Shown here piece by piece: positions 25,575 to 38,143 of a DNA stretch of 64,000 nt. A program made the translations under genes and the position numbers. The DNA comes from Macrostomum lignano (Eukaryota), in assembly GCA_002269645.1 (NCBI GenBank), contig NIVC01000587.1, positions 186,001 to 250,000 on the forward strand, given 5' to 3'. The notes under the pieces were generated by a model. The model did no database searches and was not told the DNA's origin. It worked only from the letters and a program-made list of their open reading frames with translations. The first letter of the stretch is position 1; each line of letters opens with the position of its first letter.

Positions 25575-27041
25575 TCAGGGATGTCTGACAACAGCCCGCA
25601 ATTCGTCGTACTCATCGGCCAGGTCGCAGGTGTGGACGTCCTCCAAGTCGCCGCCGAGAGTCCAAGCGGATCGGCGATCGATCTCGGCGCAGGAGTCCCT
25701 GCCGCCGCTGCTGCCGCCGCTGCTGACTGGGTTTCTCCGGACGCCGCCGCTGCCGCTGCTTGGGCTTCTGCTCTGTTTGCTGCTGCCGATGCTTCGACTT
25801 TCTTCGCTGCCAATCGGCGGAGTCAGCTGGTCGAGCAGCAGCGCCAAGAAGTTGTACGACCCAACGGATGATGCGGTCGTTGAGGCAGACTGCCGATGGG
25901 GTAGCGCTGGAGGCTGGGGAAGAGGAGGCGGTTGGGCATTCAAAGATTCAGAAATCGGTGGAGGCATTGTGGACGAACGAGAGGGCGGCTGAAGAGGCGG
26001 TGGAGGCAGAGCGGATGCTGGCTGCTGGGATGGTGATGGTGCAGGCATCAGCTCTGACGGTGTTTTTGAAGACTGAGTCAACAAAGTCAACGCCGTGGTT
26101 GGAATTTGCGAATCGTTCTGAGATGCCTCGGAGATCGGAGATGCAGCATCCAGGCTGGCACTGGCCAGGGAGAATCTGGTGCAGACGCTCAGCGGCGCCA
26201 GGACGATCGGACCGGACGGGCCGAGCGGAATCGAGGCGGGCACTGACTTTGGCGCCGTTTGACCCGACGGCGACTCTCCGACGGCGGAATCGACAGGCCT
26301 GATCAGCTGGCGGCTTCGGTCCGGCTCGCAGCTGCTGCAGCTGGTGGGGAGCTCGGAACTTTCCCAGTCGGTGCAAAACAGCTCTGAGTTTGTTATAACC
26401 AGCAGGGGCACCCACTGGTCTTGCGATGGCGGCGGCTGCGGCTGCTGCTTTGGTGGCTGAGGTGGCAGCGGCTGCTGCTTTTGTGGCTGAGGTGACAGCG
26501 GCTGCTGCTTTGGTGGCTGAGGTGGCAGCGGCTGCTGCTTTGGTGGCTGAGGTGACAGCGGCTGCTGCTTTGGTGGCTGAGGTGGCAGCGGCTGCTGCTT
26601 TGTTGGCTGAGGTGGCAGCGGCTGCTGCTTTGGTGGCTGAGGTGACAGCGGCTGCTGCTTTGGTGGCTGAGGTGACAGCGGCTGCTGCTTTGGTGGCTGA
26701 GGTGACAGCGGCTGCTGCTTTGGTGGCTGAGGCGATAGCGGCTGCTGCTTTGGTGGCTGCGGCGATAGCGGCTGCTGCTTTGGTGCCTGAGGCGGTAGCG
26801 GCTGCTGCTTTGGTGGCTGAGGCGGCAGCGGCTGTTGCGGTGGTAGTTGAAGAGCCGACGGCTCGGGCGGAAGAGGTTCAGCCACCAAGGACGCCTCAGT
26901 GGAGGCGCCGGTCGCCGCTGACAGGCGACAGATGGCGGCACGGAAAGCGGCGGCAGCTTCGGGCGGAAGACCGGCCAGGTGGCTGCCGAGGCGCTGCAGC
27001 TCGGAGGCGAACTCGCTGGAGCCGTCGCGGCTCTGGTCCAT
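25575..27041 (-). CDS. Pro/Gln/Ser-rich low-complexity protein of unknown function (~488 aa)
   Basis: GC-rich ORF from gccATGG at 27041 to TGA. About 400 nt is repeat, while the flanking unique coding sequence stays open. A probable 5'UTR intron (GTAAGT at 27189 to tandem AG acceptors at ~27059) supports this ATG. Confidence 0.65.
   Translation of the reverse strand: MDQSRDGSSEFASELQRLGSHLAGLPPEAAAAFRAAICRLSAATGASTEASLVAEPLPPEPSALQLPPQQPLPPQPPKQQPLPPQAPKQQPLSPQPPKQQPLSPQPPKQQPLSPQPPKQQPLSPQPPKQQPLSPQPPKQQPLPPQPTKQQPLPPQPPKQQPLSPQPPKQQPLPPQPPKQQPLSPQPQKQQPLPPQPPKQQPQPPPSQDQWVPLLVITNSELFCTDWESSELPTSCSSCEPDRSRQLIRPVDSAVGESPSGQTAPKSVPASIPLGPSGPIVLAPLSVCTRFSLASASLDAASPISEASQNDSQIPTTALTLLTQSSKTPSELMPAPSPSQQPASALPPPPLQPPSRSSTMPPPISESLNAQPPPLPQPPALPHRQSASTTASSVGSYNFLALLLDQLTPPIGSEESRSIGSSKQSRSPSSGSGGVRRNPVSSGGSSGGRDSCAEIDRRSAWTLGGDLEDVHTCDLADEYDELRAVVRHP
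26425..26830 (-). repeat. 30-bp coding repeat (QQPL[S/P]PQPPK x ~13)
   Basis: In-frame within the 25575-27041 ORF. Confidence 0.9.
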
Positions 27042-27424
27042 GGCTGCAGCTGCTGCTACTAGAGGAAACAACCTCCGCTCTTATTGCAATGATCCTCATG
27101 AATTCATCCGATTTGGCTTTTCGTTGGAATTTCAAATCCAACTCCAACTCCAGCCAGAATTTGTTTAACTCTTCCCAGTCAGAACTTACGCCCACTGTTT
27201 AAGCTGCTATGTTCTTCGTCTTTCTATTGCGCCTTTTTGATCAAGAAAGAAATCTATTTACTTCAAGGAAGTTTGTGAAGATTGGAAATAACTTAAAAAC
27301 GGATCTTTGCATTTTTTGTCTATGAGCAAGCCTTAGACGTATAACCAGAGCAGCTGAGCGGTTTAGTGTCCAAATTTAAACGTAATAAGTACTTGGTTCG
27401 GCAAGTGTGTGCTGCGCGATTGTA

Positions 27425-30400
27425 TAGAGAGGTGTGGTAGAGAGGTGTGGTAGAGAGGTGTGGTAGAGAGGTGTGGTAGAGAGGTGTGGTAGAGAGGTGT
27501 GGTAGAGAGGTGTGGTAGAGAGGTGTGGCAGAAAGGTGTGGTAGAGAGGTATGGCGGAGAGATGTGGTAGAGAGGTATGGCGGAGAGATTTGGTAGAGAG
27601 GTGTGGTAGAGAGGTGTGGCAGAGAGGTGTGGTAGAGAGGTGTGGTAGAGAGGTGTGGTAGAGAGGTGTGGTATAGAGGTGTGGTAGAGAGGTGTAGTAG
27701 AGAGGTGTGGTAGAGAGGTGTGGTAGAGAGGTATGGCAGAGAGATGTGGTAGAGAGGTGTGGTAGAGAGGTGTGGTAGAGAGATGTGGTAGAGAGGTGTG
27801 GTAGAGAGGTGTGGTAGAGAGGTGTGGTAGAGAGGTGTGGTAGAGAGGTATGGCAGAGAGATGTGGTAGAGAGGTGTGGTAGAGAGATGTGGTAGAGAGA
27901 TGTGGTAGAGAGGTGTGGTAGAGAGGTGTGGTAGAGAGGTGTGGTAGAGAGGTGTGGTAGAGAGGTGTGGTAGAGAGGTGTGGTAGAGAGGTGTGGTAGA
28001 GAGGTGTGGTAGAGAGATGTGGTAGAGAGGTGTGGTAGAGAGGTGTGGTAGAGAGGTGTGGTAGAGAGGTGTGGCGGAGAGATTTGGTAGAGAGGTGTGG
28101 TAGAGAGGTGTGGCGGAGAGATTTGGTAGAGAGGTGTGGTAGAGAGGTGTGGCGGAGAGATTTGGTAGAGAGGTGTGGTAGAGAGGTGTGGTAGAGAGGT
28201 GTGGTAGAGAGGTGTGGTAGAGAGGTGTGGTAGAGAGATGTGGTAGAGAGGTGTGGTAGAGAGGTGTGGTAGAGAGATGTGGTAGAGAGGTGTGGTAGAG
28301 AGGTGTGGTAGAGAGGTGTGGTAGAGAGGTGTGGCGGAGAGATTTGGTAGAGAGGTGTGGTAGAGAGGTATGGCGGAGAGATTTGGTAGAGAGGTGTGGT
28401 AGAGAGGTGTGGCAGAGAGGTGTGGTAGAGAGGTGTGGTAGAGAGGTGTGGTAGAGAGGTGTGGTAGAGAGGTGTGGTAGAGAGGTGTGGTAGAGAGATG
28501 TGGTAGAGAGGTGTGGTAGAGAGGTATGGCAGAGAGATGTGGTAGAGAGGTGTGGTAGAGAGATGTGGTAGAGAGATGTGGTAGAGAGGTGTGGTAGAGA
28601 GGTGTGGTAGAGAGGTGTGGTAGAGAGGTGTGGTAGAGAGGTGTGGTAGAGAGGTGTGGTAGAGAGGTGTGGTAGAGAGGTGTGGTAGAGAGATGTGGTA
28701 GAGAGGTGTGGTAGAGAGGTGTGGTAGAGAGGTGTGGTAGAGAGGTGTGGTAGAGAGGTGTGGTAGAGAGGTGTGGTAGAGAGGTGTGGCGGAGAGATTT
28801 GGTAGAGAGGTGTGGTAGAGAGGTGTGGTAGAGAGGTGTGGTAGAGAGATGTGGTAGAGAGGTGTGGTAGAGAGGTGTGGTAGAGAGGTGTGGTAGAGAG
28901 GTGTGGTAGAGAGATTTGGTAGAGAGGTGTGGTAGAGAGGTGTGGCGGAGAGATTTGGTAGAGAGGTGTGGTAGAGAGGTATGGCGGAGAGATTTGGTAG
29001 AGAGGTGTGGTAGAGAGGTGTGGCAGAGAGGTGTGGTAGAGAGGTGTGGTAGAGAGGTGTGGTAGAGAGGTGTGGTAGAGAGGTGTGGTAGAGAGGTGTG
29101 GTAGAGAGATGTGGTAGAGAGGTGTGGTAGAGAGGTATGGCAGAGAGATGTGGTAGAGAGGTGTGGTAGAGAGATGTGGTAGAGAGATGTGGTAGAGAGG
29201 TGTGGTAGAGAGGTGTGGTAGAGAGGTGTGGTAGAGAGGTGTGGTAGAGAGGTGTGGTAGAGAGGTGTGGTAGAGAGGTGTGGTAGAGAGGTGTGGTAGA
29301 GGGATGTGGTAGAGAGGTGTGGTAGAGAGGTGTGGTAGAGAGGTGTGGTAGAGAGGTGTGGTAGAGAGGTGTGGTAGAGAGGTGTGGTAGAGAGGTGTGG
29401 CGGAGAGATTTGGTAGAGAGGTGTGGTAGAGAGGTGTGGCGGAGAGATTTGGTAGAGAGGTGTGGTAGAGAGGTGTGGTAGAGAGGTGTGGTAGAGAGGT
29501 GTGGTAGAGAGGTGTGGTAGAGAGGTGTGGTAGAGAGGTGTGGTAGAGAGGTGTGGCGGAGAGATTTGGTAGAGAGGTGTGGTAGAGAGGTGTGGCGGAG
29601 AGATTTGGTAGAGAGGTGTGGTAGAGAGGTATGGCGGAGAGATTTGGTAGAGAGGTGTGGTAGAGAGGTGTGGCAGAGAGGTGTAGTAGAGAGGTGTGGC
29701 AGAGAGGTGTAGTAGAGAGGTGTAGTAGAGAGGTGTGGTAGAGAGATTTGGTAGAGAGGTGTGGTAGAGAGGTGTGGTAGAGAGGTGTGGTAGAGAGGTG
29801 TGGTAGAGAGGTGTGGTAGAGAGGTGTGGTAGAGAGGTATGGCAGAGAGATGTGGTAGAGAGGTGTGGTAGAGAGATGTGGTAGAGAGATGTGGTAGAGA
29901 GGTGTGGTAGAGAGGTGTGGTAGAGAGGTGTGGTAGAGAGGTGTGGTAGAGAGGTGTGGTAGAGAGGTGTGGTAGAGAGGTGTGGTAGAGAGGTGTGGTA
30001 GAGAGATGTGGTAGAGAGGTGTGGTAGAGAGGTGTGGTAGAGAGGTGTGGTAGAGAGGTGTGGTAGAGAGGTGTGGTAGAGAGGTGTGGTAGAGAGGTGT
30101 GGCGGAGAGATTTGGTAGAGAGGTGTGGTAGAGAGGTGTGGCGGAGAGATTTGGTAGAGAGGTGTGGTAGAGAGGTGTGGTAGAGAGGTGTGGTAGAGAG
30201 GTGTGGTAGAGAGGTGTGGTAGAGAGATGTGGTAGAGAGGTGTGGTAGAGAGGTGTGGTAGAGAGGTGTGGTAGAGAGGTGTGGTAGAGAGGTGTGGTAG
30301 AGAGGTGTGGTAGAGAGGTGTGGCGGAGAGATTTGGTAGAGAGGTGTGGTAGAGAGGTGTGGCGGAGAGATTTGGTAGAGAGGTGTGGTAGAGAGGTATG

Positions 30401-31416
30401 GCGGAGAGATTTGGTAGAGAGGTGTGGTAGAGAGGTGTGGCAGAGAGGTGTAGTAGAGAGGTGTGGCAGAGAGGTGTAGTAGAGAGGTGTAGTAGAGAGG
30501 TGTGGTAGAGAGGTGTGGTAGAGAGGCTTGGTAGAGAGGTGTGGTAGAGAGGTGTGGTAGAGAGGTGTGGTAGAGAGGTGTGGTAGAGAGGTATGGCAGA
30601 GAGATGTGGTAGAGAGGTGTGGTAGAGAGATGTGGTAGAGAGATGTGGTAGAGAGGTGTGGTAGAGAGGTGTGGTAGAGAGGTGTGGTAGAGAGGTGTGG
30701 TAGAGAGGTGTGGTAGAGAGGTGTGGTAGAGAGGTGTGGTAGAGAGGTGTGGTAGAGAGATGTGGTAGAGAGGTGTGGTAGAGAGGTGTGGTAGAGAGGT
30801 GTGGTAGAGAGGTGTGGTAGAGAGGTGTGGTAGAGAGGTGTGGTAGAGAGGTGTGGTAGAGAGGTGTGGTAGAGAGGTGTGGCGGAGAGATTTGGTAGAG
30901 AGGTGTGGTAGAGAGGTGTGGCGGAGAGATTTGGTAGAGAGGTGTGGTAGAGAGGTATGGCGGAGAGATTTGGTAGAGAGGTGTGGTAGAGAGGTGTGGC
31001 AGAGAGGTGTAGTAGAGAGGTGTAGTAGAGAGGTGTAGTAGAGAGGTGTAGTAGAGAGGTGTGGTAGAGAGTTGTGGTAGAGAGTTGTGGTAGAGAGGTG
31101 TGGTAGAGAGGTGTGGTAGAGAGGTGTGGCGGAGAGATTTGGTAGAGAGGTGTGGTAGAGAGGTGTGGCGGAGAGATTTGGTAGAGAGGTGTGGTAGAGA
31201 GGTGTGGTAGAGAGGTGTGGTAGAGAGGTGTGGTAGAGAGGTGTGGTAGAGAGATGTGGTAGAGAGGTGTGGTAGAGAGGTGTGGTAGAGAGGTGTGGTA
31301 GAGAGGTGTGGTAGAGAGGTGTGGTAGAGAGATGTGGTAGAGAGGTGTGGCAGAGAGGTGTGGTAGAGAGGTGTGGTAGAGAGGTGTGGTAGAGAGGTGT
31401 GGTAGAGAGGTGTGGT
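27425..31416. repeat. 13-bp satellite, ~300 copies
   Basis: Unit gagaggtgtggta with recurring variant blocks. Confidence 0.98.
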
Positions 31417-31442
31417 AAAGAGGAGAGTAGAGCGAAAAGAGA

Positions 31443-32062
31443 GCAATCCATTCTATTCCTGTATTGATAAGCCAGACTAGCAATCCATTCTATTCCTGTA
31501 TTGATAAGATAGACTAGCAATCCATTCTATTCCTGTATTAATAAGCTAGACTAGCAATCCATTCTATTTCTGTATTAATAAGCTAGACTAGCAATCCATT
31601 CTATTCCTGTATTAATAAGCTAGACTAGCAATCCATTCTATTCCTGTATTGATAAGATAGACTAGCAATCCATTCTATTCCTGTATTAATAAGCTAGACT
31701 AGCAATCCATTCTATTTCTGTATTAATAAGCTAGACTAGCAATCCATTCTATTTCTGTATTAATAAGCTAGACTAGCAATCCATTCTATTTCTGTATTTA
31801 TAAGCTAGACTAGCAATCCATTCTATTCCTGTATTGATAAGCCAGACTAGCAATCCATTCTATTCCGGCATTGATAAGCCAGACTAGCAATCCAATCTAT
31901 TCCGGCATTGATAAGCCAGACTAGCAATCCATTCTATTCCGGCATTGATAAGCCAAACTAGCAATCCATTCTATTCCGGCATTGATAAGCCAGACTAGCA
32001 ATCTATTCTATTCCGGCATTGATAAGCTAAACTAGCCATCCATTCTACTCCTGTATTGATAA
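31443..32062. repeat. 37-bp minisatellite, block 1
   Basis: Unit gactagcaatccattctattcctgtattgataagcta. Confidence 0.95.
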
Positions 32063-32487
32063 ACTATTGATATTGGAGAATTTGGAAATCTAAACGCTAA
32101 GGTACCCAGGTTGAGCAAGTGCGCATTGCGTACATTTTGGATGATGAATACTGAGTCAAAGAGATTTGAAAGCACAGTCAATATAAACATACAATGTATA
32201 TTTGTTTAATCGATGAAAAAAATCAAATTTTGAATCTTTTATATTTTGCGTATGAATAATATTTACAATAATTAGCGCACATTACAAATTTTAGGGATAG
32301 TTGGTAAGTAGAGAGCCAACAATTCTACTCTAGAACGAATGAAACAAAATCTAAAAAGATGCTCAATTCGCTGTACAGGCAATTTCCGTTTCGTCTCAGT
32401 GTTAAACAGCTTCATTTCGTAGCTTTCCGAGCGTGTTCTACAGTGAAATATTGAAGCAGAGCGGAAAGGAGAGTGGAGGGCTAGCGT

Positions 32488-32848
32488 AGAGAGAGGTGTG
32501 GTAGAGGTGTGGTAGGGAGGTGTGTTGGGAGGTGTGTTGGGAGGTGTGGTAGGGAGGTGTGGTAGGGAGGTGTGGTAGGGAGGTGTGGTAGGGAGGTGTG
32601 GTAGAGGTGTGGTAGGGAGGTGTGGTAGGGAGGTGTGGTAGAGGTGTGGTGGAGAGGTGTGGTGGAGAGGTGTGGTAGGGAGGTGTGGTAGGGAGGTGTG
32701 GTAGGGAAGTGTGGTAGGGAGATGTGGTAGGGAAGTGTGGTAGGGAGATGTGGTAGGGAGGTGTGGTAGGGAGGTGTGGTAGGGAGGTGTGGTAGGGAGG
32801 TGTGGTAGGGAGATGTGGTAGGGAGGTGTGGTAGGGAGGTGTGGTAGA
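32488..32848. repeat. 13-bp satellite variant (gggaggtgtggta)
   Basis: One-base variant of the 27425-31416 unit. Confidence 0.92.
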
Positions 32849-33224
32849 CAGGGGAGGATAAGCTTCAAGAAGTCAAACCAGGATGGAGGGAAATGAACGG
32901 CGGCAAACATCGGGAGAGGCAAAACAATCAAACTTTTAAAATGGTTTCAAAAATCCAAAGTGGGCAAAACATTCCAGGTACAAAATATCAGTTAACCACA
33001 CGGGCGGGAAAGACTTTTTGACAGCATCGAAGAATAATGCTAGAGCCGCCTCATGCTAGTGCGATAAGCAGGCCTTTGAGCAGGGCTGAGCACACAGTGA
33101 GGCTGACTATTAAAGCTGAGTTGCCTGCGCTGACTGAGCTCCCAGTGATGAGGCTGAGCTGCTGCTGGTAACGCCTGCGGTCCTTGTCTGTTGATTGAGC
33201 AGTTGGGGTTGGAATGGTGTTGGA

Positions 33225-33745
33225 CTAGCAGTCCATTCTATTCCTGTATTGATAAGCTAGACTAGCAGTCCATTCTATTCCTGTATTGATAAGCCAGACT
33301 AGCAGTCCATTCTATTCCTGTATTGATAAGCCAGACTAGCAGTCCATTCTATTCCTGTATTGATAAGCTAGACTAGCAATCCATTCTATTTCTGTATTGA
33401 TAAGCTAGACTAGCAATCCATTCTATTCCTGTATTGATAAGCTAGACTAGCAATCCATTCTATTCCTGTATTGATAAGATAGACTAGCAATCCATTCTAT
33501 TCCTGTATTGATAAGCTAGACTAGCAATCCATTCTATTCCTGTATTGATAAGCTAGACTAGCAATCCATTCTATTCCTGAATTGATAAGCTAGACTAGCA
33601 ATCCATTCTATTCCTGTATTGATAAGCCAGACTAGCAATCCATTCTATTCCTGTATTGATAAGCCAGACTAGCAATCCATTCTATTCCTGTATTGATAAG
33701 CCAGACTAGCAATCCATTCTATTCCTGTATTGATAAGCTAGACTA
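33225..33745. repeat. 37-bp minisatellite, block 2
   Basis: Same unit as 31443-32062. Confidence 0.95.
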
Positions 33746-34562
33746 TGAACCAACTCATTTAAAAACGCCATTAGTCAAGTAGGTTGTATTAGTATTTGAA
33801 AGCCATTGTTCAAATTGAGTCAGCGATAGTTATTAATTCATAATCCATTAACAGGCTTCACCAGTTGTCTTCGAGTGACTCATTTAAAACGGCAATAAAA
33901 TTCAGCTGCATTGCTGCACCAGCTAGTACGAGCGTAAAAGCATATCCCAGATAGAGAATACAGTTCAGATATGGTCTTTGTTCCTATCTGCAAAATTTCA
34001 CTTGTATAAATATGAATTGTATTTTGACTGTATCCAGCCAGCAGATACAGCTGGGGAACAAAGACTAGATGACAAACTAATTCCAAAATTCGTATCCGCC
34101 TTGATAATGAACTGATTGATTGATTGATAAATCCATGCCTTAGACTGATAATCCCTTATTTAAGCTGCTCGGTAATCCTGAACCTCTGAGCTCGATCCCC
34201 CCGTAGAATTTCGATGCCCTGGGGCGACAGAGCTCGAAGCCCCGGGACTGTGCGGTCGGTCAGATCAGCCGAAATGATGACCAAACTGTGGAAGCCAGTT
34301 TTTGCCCCGAGGGCTGCGAGACTGCGACCACTGGATAAATAGGATAAATAAACAGATATGTGAGACTCGTGGATGCAAGAGAGTGTGATAACTGAGGGAG
34401 AAACATATTACCGCTTACCCTCTTAATCTCCCTGGCCTCTAATGTAGGTTCCGCCCCGGCTTGAGGGAAGTTACGTCACACAATTTGAGTTGCTAGTTTT
34501 CTAGTTTGCTAGCAATATTTGTAAACTAAACTTTTCAGTTCTATCTTAGGTAGTTGATGCCT

Positions 34563-35130
34563 GAATTCATGACTGAGTTTATGGCTGAGTTCATGACAAG
34601 GACTACTTAAGTTATCCGTTACTTTAGTCGTCCTTGGTTCGTGACTGAGTTCATTTGTGAGTGAGTTCATGACTGAGTTTATGGCTGAGTTCATGACAAA
34701 TTTCATTACTGAGGGAATTAATGACTGAGTTCATTTTAGAGTGAGTTCATTTGTGAGTACATGAGTGAGTTCATGACTGAGTTCATTTTAGAGTGAGTTT
34801 ATTTGTGAGTTCGTGACTGAGTTCATGACTGAGTTCATGACTGAGTTCGCGACTGAGTTCATGACTGAGTTCATGGCTGAGTTCATGACTGAGTTCACGA
34901 TTAAGTCCATTACTGAGTTCATGACTGAGTTCATGACTGAGTTCGTGACTGAGTTTGTGACTGAGTTCGTGACAAAGTTCATGACTGAGTTCATGACTGA
35001 GTTCGTGACTGAGTTCGTGACTGAGTTCGTGACAAAGTTCATGACTGAGTGAATTAATGACTGAGTTCATTTGTAAGTGAATTCACAATGAAGGAGTTCA
35101 CAACTGATTTGAACTGATGACTGAGTGAGT
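34563..35130. repeat. 12-bp minisatellite (degenerate edges)
   Basis: Unit gactgagttcat, core ~34770-35070. Confidence 0.88.
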
Positions 35131-37149
35131 TCATCAGGAGGTATCAGAGTATCTATCTGAGTTTATCATTTTAAAAGCAATAGAAGAATCTAAACTTCAT
35201 TTTCGTAGTGAAATTGCTTTTTAATTACAATTTTATATCGTTTTTAACCAAATACACGAGGCAATGACAAATGATACTAAAACTTATAGCGAAACATTGC
35301 CTGAGGCCACCAACTGCTAAGAATGGGTGCTGTTCGTGAGTGCCGCCATGCCTCCCATAAAACCAGTTTTTCAAAACTATTTAGTTGCCAAGCAGATAAT
35401 TGGCCTGTCTGGAAAATTCGCTACACATGTCTGCAGAGAGACGAGGCCATTTATTGAGCAAGTTATTCCAGCTGATAATGCCAGCCCAGTGGTGCATGAA
35501 TTTGAATGCGAGTATGAATAATGGAGAATTGCTTGTTGAGCAAGACTGCTCACTGCTGCTGTAGGGGGGGTTTGCCAACTGCTTATGCAAAATTGATTAA
35601 CACTTTGCAGAAACGCGACTCTTCTTGTCAATGAGGTGGTTAAACAATTTTCCTTAAGTCTTCGCACCTTGTTCCACTCCTCCCATTTTATGAATTCCCC
35701 AATGCGGCTTCCTCACTTCTCTTTCCCTGTCGCTCTTCAGTTCCAATAGTTGTTTTTTGCTGCTTTCGCTCTCTCTCTCTCCCACTCTTTCCGTCTCTTT
35801 TGTAAAATCTTGCAGTTTTTCTAACTTGTATCGACCACAGCTTCCTACTCTGCTACGTAGCCAAACACTACTCATCTGGTTTTTTTGCTGGGGACTTGAG
35901 TCACCACCCCCTTCCTCTCTTCTCGGGCAGGTCTGTAAGCTACTGGCTATGCTCAGACTCAGGAAGCCTTATGAATAGAATAAGCCAGAATGAGGCATTG
36001 AACTGGTGCTCCCCCGTCTGAATTGTTAGATGAATGAGGAGTTGGAAATTGGACTGAGCCTCCTTTGTTTCTGTTAGGAGGAACTCAAGAGGATAGCGGG
36101 TTAGGCGAGGGGGCAGAGGGGCGTGGCCATAGAAGCCACCGGGGGGGGAGGGTCGAAGTCCGCCTTCTCCCAGATCCCCACAGAGCGGTGTGTAATTAAC
36201 AACGAGTTGCGCACACTTGCAAAGTGTTAGCAGTGAGAGTTTGACGCTGAGAAGGGCACGAGAGCACAGCACCGAGACCTCCGAATGAGTCAGTCTTGCC
36301 CAGTCAATCATGCCTTGCGTGGACCCGCATTCACCAGTTCTCCTATTGCTTTTTTCTCCCGCTTATTTTACTTAACTCCCAACTCCTGCTGTGTAGGCGA
36401 GAAAGCTGCGTGCCAATGAGACACAAAGTAATTCCCTGTTTGCTCTGGCAAACAAAATGTGTTTTTTTCTCTTCTCTTCTACCCCCCTCCCCCACCACCG
36501 GTCTCTTTCCAGGCGTGCATTGGGCAGCTTGGGCCTGACTGGCTATATGGCAATTTCATTACTCCCAAGGGTGTTGTTGGGAACTGCAACAGCAAACCCA
36601 GTCCAGGGCTTCAGCCATCTATCCATTAACCCATTGCTGCTGGCCGCCACTGCGCATGGCGTGGAGCCTATTAGCCAGAGAAACAACTGGGGATTGAGGA
36701 CACACTGCTGCCTGTGCATGCATGGTATTCTTTTGCCATTGCCAGCAAGCCATGCAGACTGTGGAGGCTTCTGTCTCTCTCTCTGAGCAGCCAAGCTTGA
36801 GAATTTGATAATATAAGAAACCAACATCAAGGCGTGTCGGGGCCAAGGAAGCCTAAAACTAGACTCTAGAAGGGATATCTGGATTCCCTTTAAGCTGCGC
36901 AGAGTAAGACTGTTAGTCCAGACTGTCCTTGAGTGAACTGCAGCAGGTTGAGTCTTCGAACTGCAACATCCTCCTCTCATTTCTTAGCCAGCCATCTGCT
37001 TTAAAATTGTCCCAGAAACCAGTCACTAGGAGTTCTTGACGAAATTAGCTCCAGCCAGCATGTCAAAATCTATCCAACTAACTAGTTCATTTCGCTACAC
37101 TGCTTTTTTGAGGCTCTGTTTTATTCAATTTCAAAGTGGTTGTTGCTGA

Positions 37150-38143
37150 TTGACTGTGGTCTGACGGTCTGAATGATCTGTAGTCTGTCTGAATGGTCTG
37201 TAGTCTGTCTGAATGATCTGTAGTCTGTCTGAATGGTCTGTAGTCTGTCTGAATGGTCTGTAGTCTGTCTGAATGATCTGTAGTCTGTCTGAATGATCTG
37301 TAGTCTGTCTGAATGATCTGTAGTCTGTCTGAATGGTATGTAGTCTGTCTGAATGATCTGTAGTCTGTTTGAATGGTCTGTAGTCTGTCTGAATGATCTG
37401 TAGTCTGTCTGAATGGTCTGTAGTCTGTCTGAATGATCTGTAGTCTGTCTGAATGATCTGTAGTCTGTCTGAATGATCTGTAGTCTGTCTGAATGATCTG
37501 TAGTCTGTCTGAATGGTCTGTAGTCTGTCTGAATGGTCTGTAGTCTGTCTGAATGATCTGGAGTCTGTCTGAATGATCTGTAGTCTGTCTGAATGATCTG
37601 TAGTCTGTCTGAATGATCTGTAGTCTGTCTGAATGATCTGCAGTCTGTCTGAATGATCTGTAGTCTGTCTGAATGGTCTGTAGTCTGTCTGAATGATCTG
37701 TAGTCTCTCTGAATGATCTGTAGTCTGTCTGAATGATCTGTAGTCTGTCTGAATGGTCTGTAGTCTGTCTGAATGGTCTGTAGTCTGTCTGAATGATCTG
37801 CAGTCTGTCTGAATGGTCTGCGGTCTGTTTGAATCATCTGTGGTCTGTCTGAATGGTCTGTAGTCTGTCTGAATGACCTGTAGTCTGTCTGAATGACCTG
37901 TAGTCTGTCTGAATGGTCTGTAGTCTGTCTGAATGATCTGTAGTCTGTCTGAATGGTCTGTAGTCTGTCTGAATGGTCTGTAGTCTGTCTGAATGGTCTG
38001 CGGTCTGTCTGAATGATCTGTAGTCTGTCTGAATGGTCTGTAGTCTGTCTGAATGGTCTGTAGTCTGTCTGAATGATCTGTAGTCTGTCTGAATGATCTG
38101 TAGTCTGTCTGAATGACCTGTAGTCTGTCTGAATGATCTGTAG
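37150..38143. repeat. 20-bp minisatellite, ~50 copies
   Basis: Unit gtagtctgtctgaatgatct. Confidence 0.96.

Noticed and set aside
27320-31520. Three ~1360-1390 aa ORFs
   Set aside because: Artefacts of a 13-bp satellite whose minus strand lacks stop codons. All three frames give the same permuted peptide.
34100-34480. Solo-LTR-like segment (minus strand begins TGTGACGTAA)
   Set aside because: No second boundary, target duplication, second copy or internal retroelement sequence found.
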